This document shows, piece by piece, positions 50,882 through 63,154 of a DNA stretch of 64,000 nt. The position numbers were made by a program, and so were the translations under genes. Positions within the stretch are counted from its first letter, which is position 1, and each line of letters starts with the position of its first letter. Source of the stretch: Octopus vulgaris (lineage: Eukaryota); assembly GCA_951406725.2 (NCBI GenBank), contig OX597818.1:17546001-17610000 (forward strand). Direction: 5' to 3'. Under the pieces are notes generated by a model, which was not told the DNA's origin, ran no database searches, and worked only from the letters and a program-made list of their open reading frames with translations.

Positions 50882-52572
50882 GTGTGTGTGTGTCTGTATT
50901 TGTCCCCCCATCACTGCATGACAACAAGTGCTGGTGTGTTTACGTCCCCCGTAATGTAGCGGTTCAGAAAAAGAGATTAATAGAATAAGTACTAGACTTT
51001 AAAAAATGTGTCTTGGGGTTGATTTGGTTGACTAAAACCCACCAAGGTTGTGCTCCAGCATGGCCGCAGTCAAATGACTGAAATAAGTAAAAGAATGTTA
51101 CATCAGCATTTTCCTTCTCCAAGGGAAATGTCTCAGCAACAACGTGGGGTCTCTCACTTCCAGTTGTTGGATAGCCAATGTCTCTCCTGAGTTCATCTAG
51201 CCATTGACAGGTTTGGGGTTTTTTTTCCATTCGGCTGGGCGTCCACTGGAATCAACACTTCTTACCAAGCAGGCTTCATAGGGTTTTCAGTATAATCTCC
51301 AACAGCTTGATCATGTGACAGGTTGCACTTGGTTACATGTTACCAGTTGCACTAAGTGTGCCCTAACATTGGGCAACTTTCTAGAAGCAAGCTATCTCCA
51401 TATCACTATGTTGTGCTTTTAGGAAAATGATTACAGCATGCCTTTTCATTTGTTGGGTCAACCTGATATCTGACATTATTTATCTGAAAAGCAAAGTAGA
51501 ACAAATAAGAAGAAAGCTAGAGCTCTTGAAAGAGGTGTCCTCAAAAACTGATGTACCCTGTATATCATCATGATCATCAACATTTAATGTCTGTTTTCCA
51601 TGCTTGTGGGTTGGACAGCTTGGCAGGAACTGGCAAGGACAGGGGCTGCACCAGGTTCCATAATCCATTTTGGTTTGCTTTCTACAGCTGGATACCCTTC
51701 CAAATACCAGCTACTTTTTACATGGTAACAGCACCAGAGTTTTTTTTTTTTATATGACACCAGCACCAGAGTTTTTTTTTTATATGGTACCAGCACCCAC
51801 ACTAATACTTTTTATGTGGTACCTTGGTTTTCCGTTTAATGACTCAATTGGTTCTGAATGTCCAGAATTTAAGTGCGAGGTGAATTCACTTAGAAATAAT
51901 GTTACAACTGTGATTACTTTCTTGACTGTTACTAATCATATGGTTATTCTGATATTGCCAAATGTGGACCAGTCCTTAAATTTGCTGGTCAGTTTAGAAT
52001 GAAGTAATATTAGGTTATCTGATGTAAATTGGTAAACTGTAGGATTAATAACAATGAAAAACTTGCTAGACTAACTACATTATTTTAGAATTAATTAGAT
52101 TTATACCTTTCCACTGAGTGTTTTCATTAGCTGTGTTGTGTTAAAACCTGCTAGGTCTGGAAATTAACAAATTTAGCAGCATTGAGTGGAAGAGTGAATT
52201 AATTCAAAATTTTTAAGAAGAAAGAACAACAGAGGCAATGTGAATGCAATATATACGTATAACAACTTGCAAACTAACTGAATGACTAAGTAAACAAATA
52301 TTCATGTGCATTCTCAAGGTGCATTCATCATCGGCATTATCAAGATTTAACATCCGCTTTCCATGCTGGCATGGATTGGATGGTTTGACAGGGGCTGGCT
52401 AAGCAGAAGACTGCACTAGGCTTCACTGTAGTTGTAATTAAACTTTTAAAGCAAGCTATGAATGTTTGGCATTTTATTTTGAACAATTAACCATTAAGTT
52501 TTTCTTTTTATAATCTTCTGGAAAATATCATTAAGGTGGAAGAGCATTAAGTATAAAAATGTATGTGCATGC

Positions 52573-52609
<37 letters not shown>

Positions 52610-52811
52610 AATATTTTTACTGTTAGATATAATTACCTTTATCTAAATCTGGATACACCCATCTTTATACACACTAGTTTAATCTGTTTATGGGAGGAGC
52701 CATTGGCTTTCATTCCCCACATATTTGTTGGCTTTCTCGTTGGTAATGTTTTTTCGTATGTATATGCAAAAATGTAATTCTTTTCCCAAATAAATTGCAC
52801 ATCATATTCAA

Positions 52812-52892
52812 AGCTTTGATGAAGTTATAAGGTGTTACTCAGGCACTCAACTATGAGTCCACTGCATCTTATAGCAGAAACAGCTGTTAGCT
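52812..52892 (+). ncRNA. Type I hammerhead ribozyme with C3 substituted, in a (TA)n-flanked ~330-bp element (52607-52938)
   Basis: agct-TTGATGA-a-GTTATAAGGTG...CATCTTATAGC-a-GAAA-CAGCTG-TT^agct. 11-bp stem II and palindromic stem III ACAGCTGT. Confidence 0.65.
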
Positions 52893-53654
52893 AATGAAGT
52901 TCATAAGATAATCATTCCTTTGTCATTTCATTTTCTTATATATATACTCTTTTACTTGTTTCAGTCATTTGACTGTGGCCATGCTGGAGCACCACCTTTA
53001 GTTGAGCAAATTGGGCCCAGGACTTATTCTTTGGTCTCTTTTGCCGAACTGCTAAGTTACAGGGACATAAACACACCAGCATTGGTTGTCAAGTGATGTT
53101 GGGGGGACAAACACAGACACACAAACACACACACGCATATATATACATATATACCACGGGTTTCTTTCAGTTTCCGTCTACCAAATCCACTCACAAGGCT
53201 TTGGTCGGCTTGAGGTTATAGTAGAAGACGCTTGCCCAAGGTGCCACGCCGTGGGAATGAACGTAGAACCATGTGGTACTCTTGCGCCTATATATAATTT
53301 TTTTTATATATTTTTTTGCAATTACTTTTTCTCCTTTTAGTTTTCCATTTTGATCTTCCTTCTGATGATAGAACAGCATCCAAAACATTGAGACTTCCTT
53401 CTTTTTAAGCATTAAACTGACATATTTGTCCCTCCCATATTGTCTTCTTTTTGTGCTCATTGCCTTCTGCTATATATATATATATATGAAATATTGCTAA
53501 TCATTATTTAAAATAAGTGGAAAGAAATCAAAGTGTGACATTATGCTGCGATTATATGAAATGTGTCTTAGCTATATATGTTTCACACCACTAAAACTAG
53601 ATCACCTTGACTTTTAATTTATATTTTGATGTTTTTGTGGATATCTGTCCTCAG

Positions 53655-53752
53655 GTGGCTATCTTCTGGCAATGCTGAAATCGACAAACAACGTAGAGCC
53701 TTCACGTTCATTGTGGCAGTTGTCAGTCTTCATTCTGAGATCATCAAAAGAG
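53655..53752 (+). CDS. AP5Z1: AP5Z1 coding exon 5 (98 nt)
   Basis: tgtcctcag acceptor, gtgaga donor; WLSSGNAEIDKQRRAFTFIVAVVSLHSEIIKR; phase 2/1. Confidence 0.85.
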
Positions 53753-54979
53753 GTGAGATACTCTCTCTGCATGTGTCTCTTACTAAACATGAGAATAAAC
53801 CAAGCTACACTATAGATCATCTGGAGAAATTATATAGCTGGACAAGTTGGTAGGTTGTCAGCATCCTAAGCAAAGGTTCATATTTCATCAACAGTGTTGC
53901 ATGTTGTCATCAGAAAAGAATCTTCAACCTCACAGACCTAGTCTGTATTACTGTAAATAGGTACCATAGTAGTTGTACCATTCACTGATGAATATAGATA
54001 AAGTACCATGAAAAATTGGCACAGTTCACTTCTGTAAAAGGTACTATTTGAGATTCAGTTCACTTCTGGAAATAGGTTCCATAGAATGGTACAACTCATT
54101 ACTGAAAGTAGTGACATAGACTATTCTAACTAGTGTTTTGTTAACCTCCAGTGCTAAGCTGAAATTCTTCCATGAGTATGATTTAGAAGAGTGTTGGTGA
54201 CCTGTCATAGAGACCTACTCTAGATACACTACATGAAGTCAATTTTCATAACAGACCCAATAAAATTATTTAGCCCTTTCATTACCAACCTGGCTGAAAC
54301 CGGCCCTGGCTCTGAGTACAAATGTCTTGTTTTCTTAAGTTTTGAATAAAAATCTTCCACCAAACCTTAGTCACAGTTTATGTTCCTAACACTAGCTGAA
54401 TGATAACTAAGTTATTTTACTAAATTCTTTGTCACAGTAATGAAAGGGTTAAGAATTGAGTGAGAAAGGTCAACAACCTTTAACATTTAAAAATGTTATG
54501 TGATTGAACCCTAACCACCAGATATTGTACTGGTACTTACAACGCCACCACTTGTTTTAATGGTACATAAAATGGTACCTGTTCTTAGTTAGAAATAGTA
54601 GCCTCCAGCAGTAAGGGTTGACTAAGAATCTGTGTCCACAGCTCTGAGTAATACTTTTGATTTTCTTGTGGAAGACCAGCAGTTGCCCATACATGGAAGT
54701 CTTCCCTCTCCATACCGCCAACATTGTCCAAGGAGAAGGCCAGTTCTTTAGGGCTAATGCAGCTTGGCACAAGTGACAGTGCAAGTATTGCTGTCAGAAT
54801 GTCCATTACCCTAAAACAGTTTTATCAGTTCACCACCATGGGTTTTTTATCGACCCCTAAAAAGTATAAAAGACAAAGCTGACTTCATCTGGATTTGAAC
54901 TCAAAACATTGAAACTTGTATCAAATACTGTGGTACATTGTATACAATACCTTAATAACTCTTCAAATCCACTACCTCT

Positions 54980-55190
54980 CTACAATGCCATCAGGCAACT
55001 GTGTTAGGCTTTATATAATGTCACCAGTTATATTGTGTTGGGTCCTATATAGTGCTATCATTTATTGTGTTGAGCCCTATGCAATGCTCCCAGTTATTAT
55101 TTTGGATCCTATGCAATGTTACCTATTATTTGTGTTGGCTTTTATACAATGCCGCCAATTTCTGTGTTGTTCCATATTACATCACTGCAA
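54980..55190. repeat. Degenerate ~31-bp minisatellite (6-7 units)
   Basis: Recurring tat(a/g)caatgc...tgtgttg motif. Confidence 0.6.
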
Positions 55191-56516
55191 AAGTTAATAG
55201 AATCAACTTTATACATCCACTGTTAACCTCTTTAGGATGTGTTAACCTGTTACACCAATTCCAAAGATCACTCTGCTAATTTCTTCCCTGACTCATTTTA
55301 ACCATGATGTCAGACTGGCTACTTATTCCACTGTTGGATTGACTCTATGAAGCATATTAGCTTCTACTGCATAATAGATCTGTGCTATACTTCAACAAGA
55401 GTTTAAACTTATGAATTGTTATTTCTGGTTCAATCCCTCTACACAGTAGCTTGCTCAGACAAGTGGCTTCAAGTATAGCTCCAGGGCTAGCAATGCCTTG
55501 TGAGTCAGTTTGACAGATGGAAATTGTAGGAAACCTACTCTGTATGTATGTGTGTGTGTGTGTGTGTGTGTGTGCGTATCTGAATGTTGATATCCCATGG
55601 TTTTGCTTGAGTGAAATGGTGACTAATGTTTATATTCCTTGTTGAAATTATATTCAGTCCCTCTACACTTTTGAAAGCATATAAGATAAAAAAACAAATC
55701 CTTTAATTGAAAAACAGGTTAAGGTTGGCTAGCTGCAAAAAAAAAAAATTGTCCCAAAACATCCGTCTAACCAATGCTAGCAGGAAACAAAATCAGATAT
55801 TAAAGGAACAAAACCTTTTAACTCATGAGTGCAGTATCTTAACCCATGAAACTTGGTATTATTCAGTTATTCATATTTCAGATTAGTCAAACATAATTGA
55901 AAGTGAGAGGCAATAGTGATGGTAGGAGTTGAACTCTTGACCTTTCCGGAACAATCATCTTTCAACCACTCTGTCTGTTGAAATGAAACAACAGCTTATC
56001 CAAGTGGATAAGGTGTTTACAATGTCAGGTTTCTTGAGATCATACGTAACTGCAAGTATTTTGTTTCTGTTGTATATTGGCAAGACATTTGATCCTCAGC
56101 ACTTTATTAAAGTTCAGTTCACCTACATGCAGAGATTAGCTACCATATCTTCCAGGGCAGTGATAGATTGTGTCCTATCCTGGGAAAGATTTAGCTCTCA
56201 TCTACTTAATCCTAGTGAATATAGAACTATGTATGAGCTTTTTGAGATCCTGAGGTCATAGAAACATTTAGCCCCTTAATAATGATAACTGAAGTATAAA
56301 AAAAAAAAGAAACCAGTAATTTTCCATACAAGAAAAATTGAACATATGATGTTTGTTTATTAATGGATGTAGTCCTTTGTTAATGGTTGTTCATCATTGT
56401 TTCTGGATAATGGTCATTGTTAAATACCATGACTACTGTTTATTTATGTTGATCATTGTTAATATATGTTAACAGATGTTGAACATTGTTTAATTGATGT
56501 TAACCTTTGTTAACAG

Positions 56517-56684
56517 ATGACATTGGTGAAGTAAACAAGTTTATCTCAACATGGTTAATGGAGGCCAGTCGTTATCAGGCTCCAAATCCTTACACAAGGA
56601 ATTTGTTCAAGAAGGAGAAAACTACATTGGTATCTGAAATTGATGGAACTCCAAGTAAAAACTTCTTTACTGTTCTGAATGTTG
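56517..56684 (+). CDS. AP5Z1: AP5Z1 coding exon 6 (168 nt)
   Basis: DDIGEVNKFISTWLMEASRYQAPNPYTRNLFKKEKTTLVSEIDGTPSKNFFTVLNV matches AP5Z1 ...DWLRYAS...VTEVDGAVATDFFTVLS. taacag acceptor, gttagt donor; phase 1/1. Confidence 0.93.
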
Positions 56685-56896
56685 GTTAGTAATTTTTTGC
56701 TTCCTTTCACAACTGGTCATTGTTTTATGATTGATGCTTGCCATGTGATTAGTGCTCATTTTGTGGAAAGCCTTTGTTGTATGTCTGATTCTTATTTTCT
56801 GACTGATATACATTCTTTCATCTCATTTGTAAATTCATGTTTGATTTTTTATTCTTTAACTATCTGATTCCTCTTTCTTGATCACTCTCTCTCTCT

Positions 56897-56927
<31 letters not shown>

Positions 56928-57062
56928 GTCCCTCTCTCCCTCTCTCTATCGAAATCGATTGGTGCAGCCATCTGGTTCACCAGACCTTAGTCAAATCGTC
57001 CAGCCTACACTAGCATAGAAAGCAGACATTAAACGTTGATGATGATGATGATATATATATGG

Positions 57063-57141
<79 letters not shown>

Positions 57142-57714
57142 AAATTTGATGACTGGCACCCGTGCCAGTGGAGCGCTAACAGCTCCATCTGGGCAGGATC
57201 ACTGCCAGAGCAGCTGTCTCGCTTCCATGCCAGTGGCACGTAAACAGCACCATTTGAGCGTGAGCGTAGCTGTTGCCAGTACCACCAGACTGGCCCTTGT
57301 GCCAGTAGCACATAAAAGCACCCACTACACTCTTGGAGTGGTTGGTGTTAGAAAGGGCATCCAGTCATAAAAACCATTCCAAAACAGACACAGAAGTCTA
57401 GTGCAGTCTCCTACCTGGCCAGCATGGAAAGCAAATGTTAAACAATGATAATGATGATGATCTTATTACTTTCTTCTTTTGTTATCACCTGCTTTAAACT
57501 CCATTTATTATTTTCTGCATAACAGAAAATGTAAAACCTTGTATCAAATTTCAAGGGGTCCATATTTTCCCACATTAGTGCAGCTGTTGCTGTTGTACCC
57601 CTTAACATGTCTGACAGAATGGTGTTACCTTCAAAACCACTAAATAAACTCTATTATGTTCTTCACTGTAAAATTAACCTATCTAAGCATTGTTACTTTG
57701 TCGTCTCTCCACAG

Positions 57715-57948
57715 CCCAGTACAATACAGATGACCAATTCTTGAACTTGTACACATTTTCAATGCTCTACCAATGGCTGAAACACACCATTCCAGTTGTA
57801 TCGTCAACATCTGATGAACTGCAGTCACTAACCTCTTCTCAGGGTACATCCTCAATCTCTCTCAGCCCAGCACTACCCAAAGAATTTGCTCTTCTCACAA
57901 GCCGAGTCATTGACTATTGCTTTAGAGTCCTTGACCAGTGTGAGAGAA
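57715..57948 (+). CDS. AP5Z1: AP5Z1 coding exon 7 (234 nt)
   Basis: AQYNTDDQFLNLYTFSMLYQWL...IDYCFRVLDQCER matches FTDDQWLNVQAFSMLRAWL...FEYCQRLIEQSNR. ctccacag acceptor, gtaagt donor; phase 1/1. Confidence 0.95.
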
Positions 57949-58897
57949 GTAAGTATAATATTTTATTTCGTTTATTGCTTACCTTTTAGTCATTGGACTG
58001 AAACTATATTGGAGTACCATCTTGAAGGGTTTAGTCAAATAAATTCCCCCCACCTCTGCCCAGTACTTATTTTTTTGAAGTATGGTGCCTATTCTATTGG
58101 TCTCTTTTTGCCAAACCACTAAGTTATGAGAATGTAAACAAACCTATAACCTATTCCTGGTAACTTAAGTTCTGGTACCTATTTCTGAGGCACAAATGAA
58201 ATGAGGGATGCAGAATAAAGTGTCCTGACCAGATCTATAATGAAATGTGTGTAGTGAATTAGACTTAAACTGTTAGTCTGAGCAATGTAAATATTTGGTA
58301 ATTTTACTCTACTACACAATACTTTATTCAGATTTTTTTTTAGAGGCTACACTCTAAATAGAAGTCATACATGGAAACAGGCTAAGCTGTTGTCAATTTA
58401 AACAAAACTGAGTAAGTCTATTTGCCATGAAGACTTGAAACTTCTGGGCCTTATGATGGAGAAGAAAGGAAAAAATGCTTTTTCTCTGATAAAATACCCT
58501 GCCTGAAATGTTTCAGTTCTCTTTTCAACACACACACACACTTATTTGAACCATATGAACTGATGAATTAACGTTTAACTATTTAGCATAAAGGATAAGA
58601 GACATTATAAGCACTAATGTAAGACATGAAAGATTGACAGGACTACCATTCTTGCTTCGCAAATTAGATACTGTAAATTGATTCTGCTATTGTCACTCTA
58701 CTACTAAGTTCAATTTTGCTTTTCATTCTTCAGTAGTTGAGAAAATAAACCACCAATCTAGAGTGTTGGATTGGCAGAATTAGTAGCATATTAGTCAAAA
58801 TGTGGCATTTGTTCCAACCTTTTTCAGTCTGTGTTCATCTTAAAATTCAATGGAGCTAAGCTGTATTGATCTTTGTCTTTCCTTTGAAAAACATTGA

Positions 58898-59460
58898 CCT
58901 TTTAGCATTCTCATTATTCTTCCAAAATTAATGCCTTTTTCTATTCACATTGTTTTGAATTAATCATGCACTACTTTGTAACTATTAGATTTTGATGAGG
59001 TAACTGTTAATCTTTAGAATGATATTGTAGGATTGGTGTGAAAGTGCATGGATCAGTGGTTAGAGCGTCGAGCTTACGATCGTAAGGTTGTGAGCTTGAA
59101 TCCCGGACCAGGCTGCGTGTTGTGTTCTTGAGCAAGACACTTTATTTCACGTTGCTTCAGTTCACTCAGCTGTAGAAATGAGTTGCAACATCACAGGTGC
59201 CAAGCTGTATAGGCCTTTACCTTTCCCTTGGATAACATCGGTAGCATGGAGAGGGGAGGCCGGTATGCATGGGCGACTACTGGTCTTCCATAAACAACCT
59301 TGTCCAGACTTGTGCCTGAGAGGGTAACTTTCTAGGTGCAATCCCATGCTCAGTGTTGTGATCGAAGGGGTCTCAGGTGTGAGAGGTCAGATCTGGCCAG
59401 TTTGAACATAAAACAAGCAGACTATTTCGGCTAGATATGACCAATTTAAATGCTAAAAGG
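58898..59460. mobile_element. piggyBac-type MITE carrying a nested SINE (59042-59375, TSD ggtgtga)
   Basis: ttga|CCTTTTAGCATT...AATGCTAAAAGG|ttaa. ggtgtga at 59035-59041 and 59376-59382. Confidence 0.7.
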
Positions 59461-59896
59461 TTAATGGCATGGAAAGGGTAGATTTACTGCCTGAGTAAAC
59501 TGTGGTCTACCTTGAAACACACCCCCCAAAAAAAAAACCCTGCCCAGATTTGTGACCTAGAGAGAAACTTCCCAGGTATCCACCTCCACAGACAAAACCC
59601 TTGCAACTGTACTGTTTAGTTTCCATAAGTGATATATTTGCTTCACAGGTAATTTGTCAACCACTTAGCACAAATAGAATAGGCCATTTTACTGATGTAA
59701 AACAAAACAAAGTATCCCACCTTGGATTGATGTTTAAAATGAGAAATAATCTTATGAATCAATTTCTAAATTAACTGCTAAGATTTTTAATGTAAATGTT
59801 ATAATCACCAGTTTATGTTTATACATTAGTGGATCTGCTACTCTTTGTTGTCCCGATTGATCCTTATTAATGTCTATTATTATTACTATTTCTAAA

Positions 59897-60900
59897 AGTA
59901 GTGAGCTAGCAAAATCGTTACTGCGCAAGGTAAAATGCTTAGCGGCATTTTGTCTGTCTTCGCATTCTGAGTTCAAATTCTACTGCAGTCAACTTTGCCT
60001 TTCATCCTTTTGGAGTCGATAAAATAAGTACCAGTTGTGTATAAGTACCAATCCCACCAAATTTTAGGCTTTGTGCCTACAGTAGAAAAGATTATTATTA
60101 TTATTTCTAAAGGTGGTGAGCTGACAGAATCATTACCATGCCAGGCAAAATGTTTAACAGCATTTTGTCTGTCTTTACATTCTGAGTTCAAATTCCACCA
60201 AGGCTGACATTACTTTTCATCCTTTCAGGGTTAATAACATAAGTACCAGTTGAACAATGGAGTCAATGTGATCAGCTTACCCCTCCCCCAAAATTGCTGG
60301 CCTTGTGCCAAAGTTTGAAACCATCATTACTATTTCTAAGGTAGCAAACTGGCAGAAACTGAAAAACAAAGCTTTCTGGTGTTCCATCTGTCTATATTCT
60401 GAGTTCAAATTCCACTAAAGTCGACTTTGCCTTTCATCCTTACAAAGTCAATAAAATAACTACCAGTCAAATACTGGGGTTATTATAATTAACTCCCCCC
60501 TCCCCTCAAAAATTACTGGCCCTGTTCCAAAATTTGAAACAATTATTATTATTTCTGAACTCAAATGCATTCTCCTAAATTTTCTTACCATGTGCCAAAA
60601 TCTAAAATGGTTATTATTATTATTTCCAAACTCAAAGGCGTTGCCCCAAATTTGCTGGCCATGTACCAAATTTTGAAACCATAAAGGTAGTGAGCTAGTA
60701 GAATCATTAGTATTTCAGACAAAATACATAGCATTTTTTTCAGCTATACTTTCTGAATTCAAATTCTGTTTAGGTTGACTTTGCCTTTCATCTTTTCAAA
60801 ATCAATGAAATATGTACCAGTTATGCACTGGGGTTGATGTAATTGACTAACCTACTCCCCACTAAATTTCAGGCCTTGTGCTTATAATAGAAAGACTTAT
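59897..60900 (+). mobile_element. Head-to-tail array of SINE family C (about 4 copies plus tail fragments); other copies at 5040-5441 (-), 18790, 21032 and 44910
   Basis: Repeated ggtggtgagctggcagaatc...gagttcaaattcc...gactttgcctttcatcc units separated by (att)n tails. Confidence 0.8.
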
Positions 60901-61802
60901 TATTTTTGAACTAATGTTTTTAAATGTTTATGAATTTGTTTTCCAAGATTCCTGATGTGAAATCATGTGTTGAAACAAATATTATTTTATTTTGAGATGG
61001 TCATTTTTTTTTATTGCTTGCCAAATAAACACACACTATGTATTCATTCTTCACTCATTTATTATTGTTCTTATTTTATCTTATGTCCATTGTTTGGAAA
61101 TCTTTTGTCACACATCTGTGATCTCTTCAGGGACTCTTCCATCAGAATAAACTCAACAGAACAGGAGGAAACAGATAGAAGAGTCATTGAAGGGGTCACA
61201 GATGTGTGATGAAAGATTTCCAGACATTGGACATAAGATAAAATAAGAACAATAAGAAATGAGCGAAGAACAAATGTCGGAGTCAGAGACCCCTTTCGGT
61301 CACAAATGACCATAGGATTGCACCTAGAAAGTTACCCTCCAAGGTACAAGTCTGGGCAAGGTTGTTTATGGAAAGCCAGCAGTCACCCATGCATACCAGC
61401 ATCCATTCTCCATGCCACAGATGTTATCCAAGGGAAAGGCAAAGGCCAGTATAGCTTGGCACCAGTGACATCACAACTCATTTCTACAGCTGAGTGAACC
61501 GGAGCAACGTGAAATAAAAGTGTCTTGCTCAAGAACACAGCACACAGCCCAGTCTGGGATTCAAACTCACAACCTCTCGGTCATAAGTTCGATGCTCTAA
61601 CCACTGAGCCATGCACCTTCACAAGAACAAATATATAGTGTGTGTATTTATTTGGCAAGAAAAAAAAATGACCGTCCCAAAATATAACTATGTTTTTTAA
61701 ATGTAAACCATAGCTGGTTCACTTGGACTTAGGTAATAAATGTTGTCTACTGTTATATTGCAAAGAGGATGTGAAGACTTTTATCGCTTCTCTTTATTGC
61801 AG

Positions 61803-61840
61803 AACCCAAGATTGCTGCTGATATTGATTTCCAGAATGCT
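61803..61840 (+). CDS. AP5Z1: AP5Z1 coding exon 8 (38 nt)
   Basis: tttattgcag acceptor, gtaagg donor; KPKIAADIDFQNA resembles RALRKGDSDLQKA; phase 1/0. Confidence 0.88.
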
Positions 61841-62988
61841 GTAAGGATTCACATCTTTCAGTTATTAAGGCTCTCTGTGTGAATGATTATACAGCTTGAG
61901 AGAGGGTCTTTTAACAAGAGTGTGCATTTACAAATTTGATTGCTTACATGTCTATATTTTATACCGTGTATGTGTTTGTGTGTGTGTGTGTTATGTTGCT
62001 AATGTGCACACATTTTGGATTGTGTATATGTTGATGCATTTGTGTCTGCTTCTTACATGTTCTGTGTGTGTGTGTGTGTGTTTTGTTTATTTTCCATTTG
62101 TGTCTATCATCATCATCTTTTAACATTTGTTTTCCATGCTGACATGGGTGGGACTGTTTGACAGGAATTGGCTAGACAGAAGACTGCACTAGGCTTCACT
62201 GTCTGTTTTGGCAGGGTTTTTACAGCTGGTTGCCCTTCTTAACACCAACCACCTTACAGAGTGTATGTATGTATTTATGTCAGTACATGTATTCATGTGT
62301 GTTTATGTATGTTTCTGTGTGTATGTGTGCGCACATGATTATGCATGTTTTTTTAGTATATTGATGTGTATGTTTATGCAGTAAACTCCTCTTTACGCAG
62401 CACCACTGGGACCAGGAGGCAAGTAGATAACTGAGTTTTCCAGATAAGTGACCATGCTTTAAATTACTCTAGTACTTTACAAAGCTCATTAAAGAATTAT
62501 ATATACATTAAAACTCTATATATTATCATTAGAATTTGAATTATAGAGAAAATTAGAGAAACAGGAAGAAATAAAAATTAACTCAAGTAAAGCATAAGTT
62601 TTATTATTATGGAGGAGCATGACTTAATGGTTAGAGTGATAGACTCATGATTGTAAGATTGTGGTTTCGATTAATAAACACAAATTAGCACAAATTCTTG
62701 AAGGGTTTTAGTCAAATGAATCAACCCCAGCACTTATTTTCTTTCAAGTTTGATACTTATTCTCTCAGTGCCTTTTGATGAACTGCCAAGTTACAGGGAC
62801 AGAAACAAACCAGCACCAGTTGTCAAGCAGTTGCTTGAAAGTCCTGGGTATTTGAGTACTAGAGAAGAGGGAGTTTACTGTATGCTTGTTTATGAGTGTT
62901 TGTGTGTGTAATATGTTTTTATACATTCATGTTTATAAATATCTGTGTGCTTCCTAACTGAACACCTGTCATTTCCATCTCTTTGCAG

Positions 62989-63154
62989 TGTCTGATAGAA
63001 ACTGTGAACATTCTAGATGCTGTGTGTAAAGTTGACAAGGAACAGACCCCTAGGATATTTACGGAGATGAAGAGACTCTTTACTAATCTGACAACAGACA
63101 ATAACCGAACACCAAGAATCCTTGTTAACCTCCTACAGTTTTACATTAACCACA
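62989..63154 (+). CDS. AP5Z1: AP5Z1 coding exon 9 (166 nt); gene continues beyond the right edge
   Basis: ctttgcag acceptor, gttagt donor; CLIETVNILDAVCKVDKEQTPRIFTEMKRLF...LLQFYINH resembles CLVEAVLVLDVLCRQDP...LAHFFLSH. Confidence 0.93.

Noticed and set aside
61131-61210. Acceptor-like ctcttcag|GGACTC in AP5Z1 intron 7
   Set aside because: Exons 7 and 8 already join in frame and match the protein without it; no good donor or similarity.
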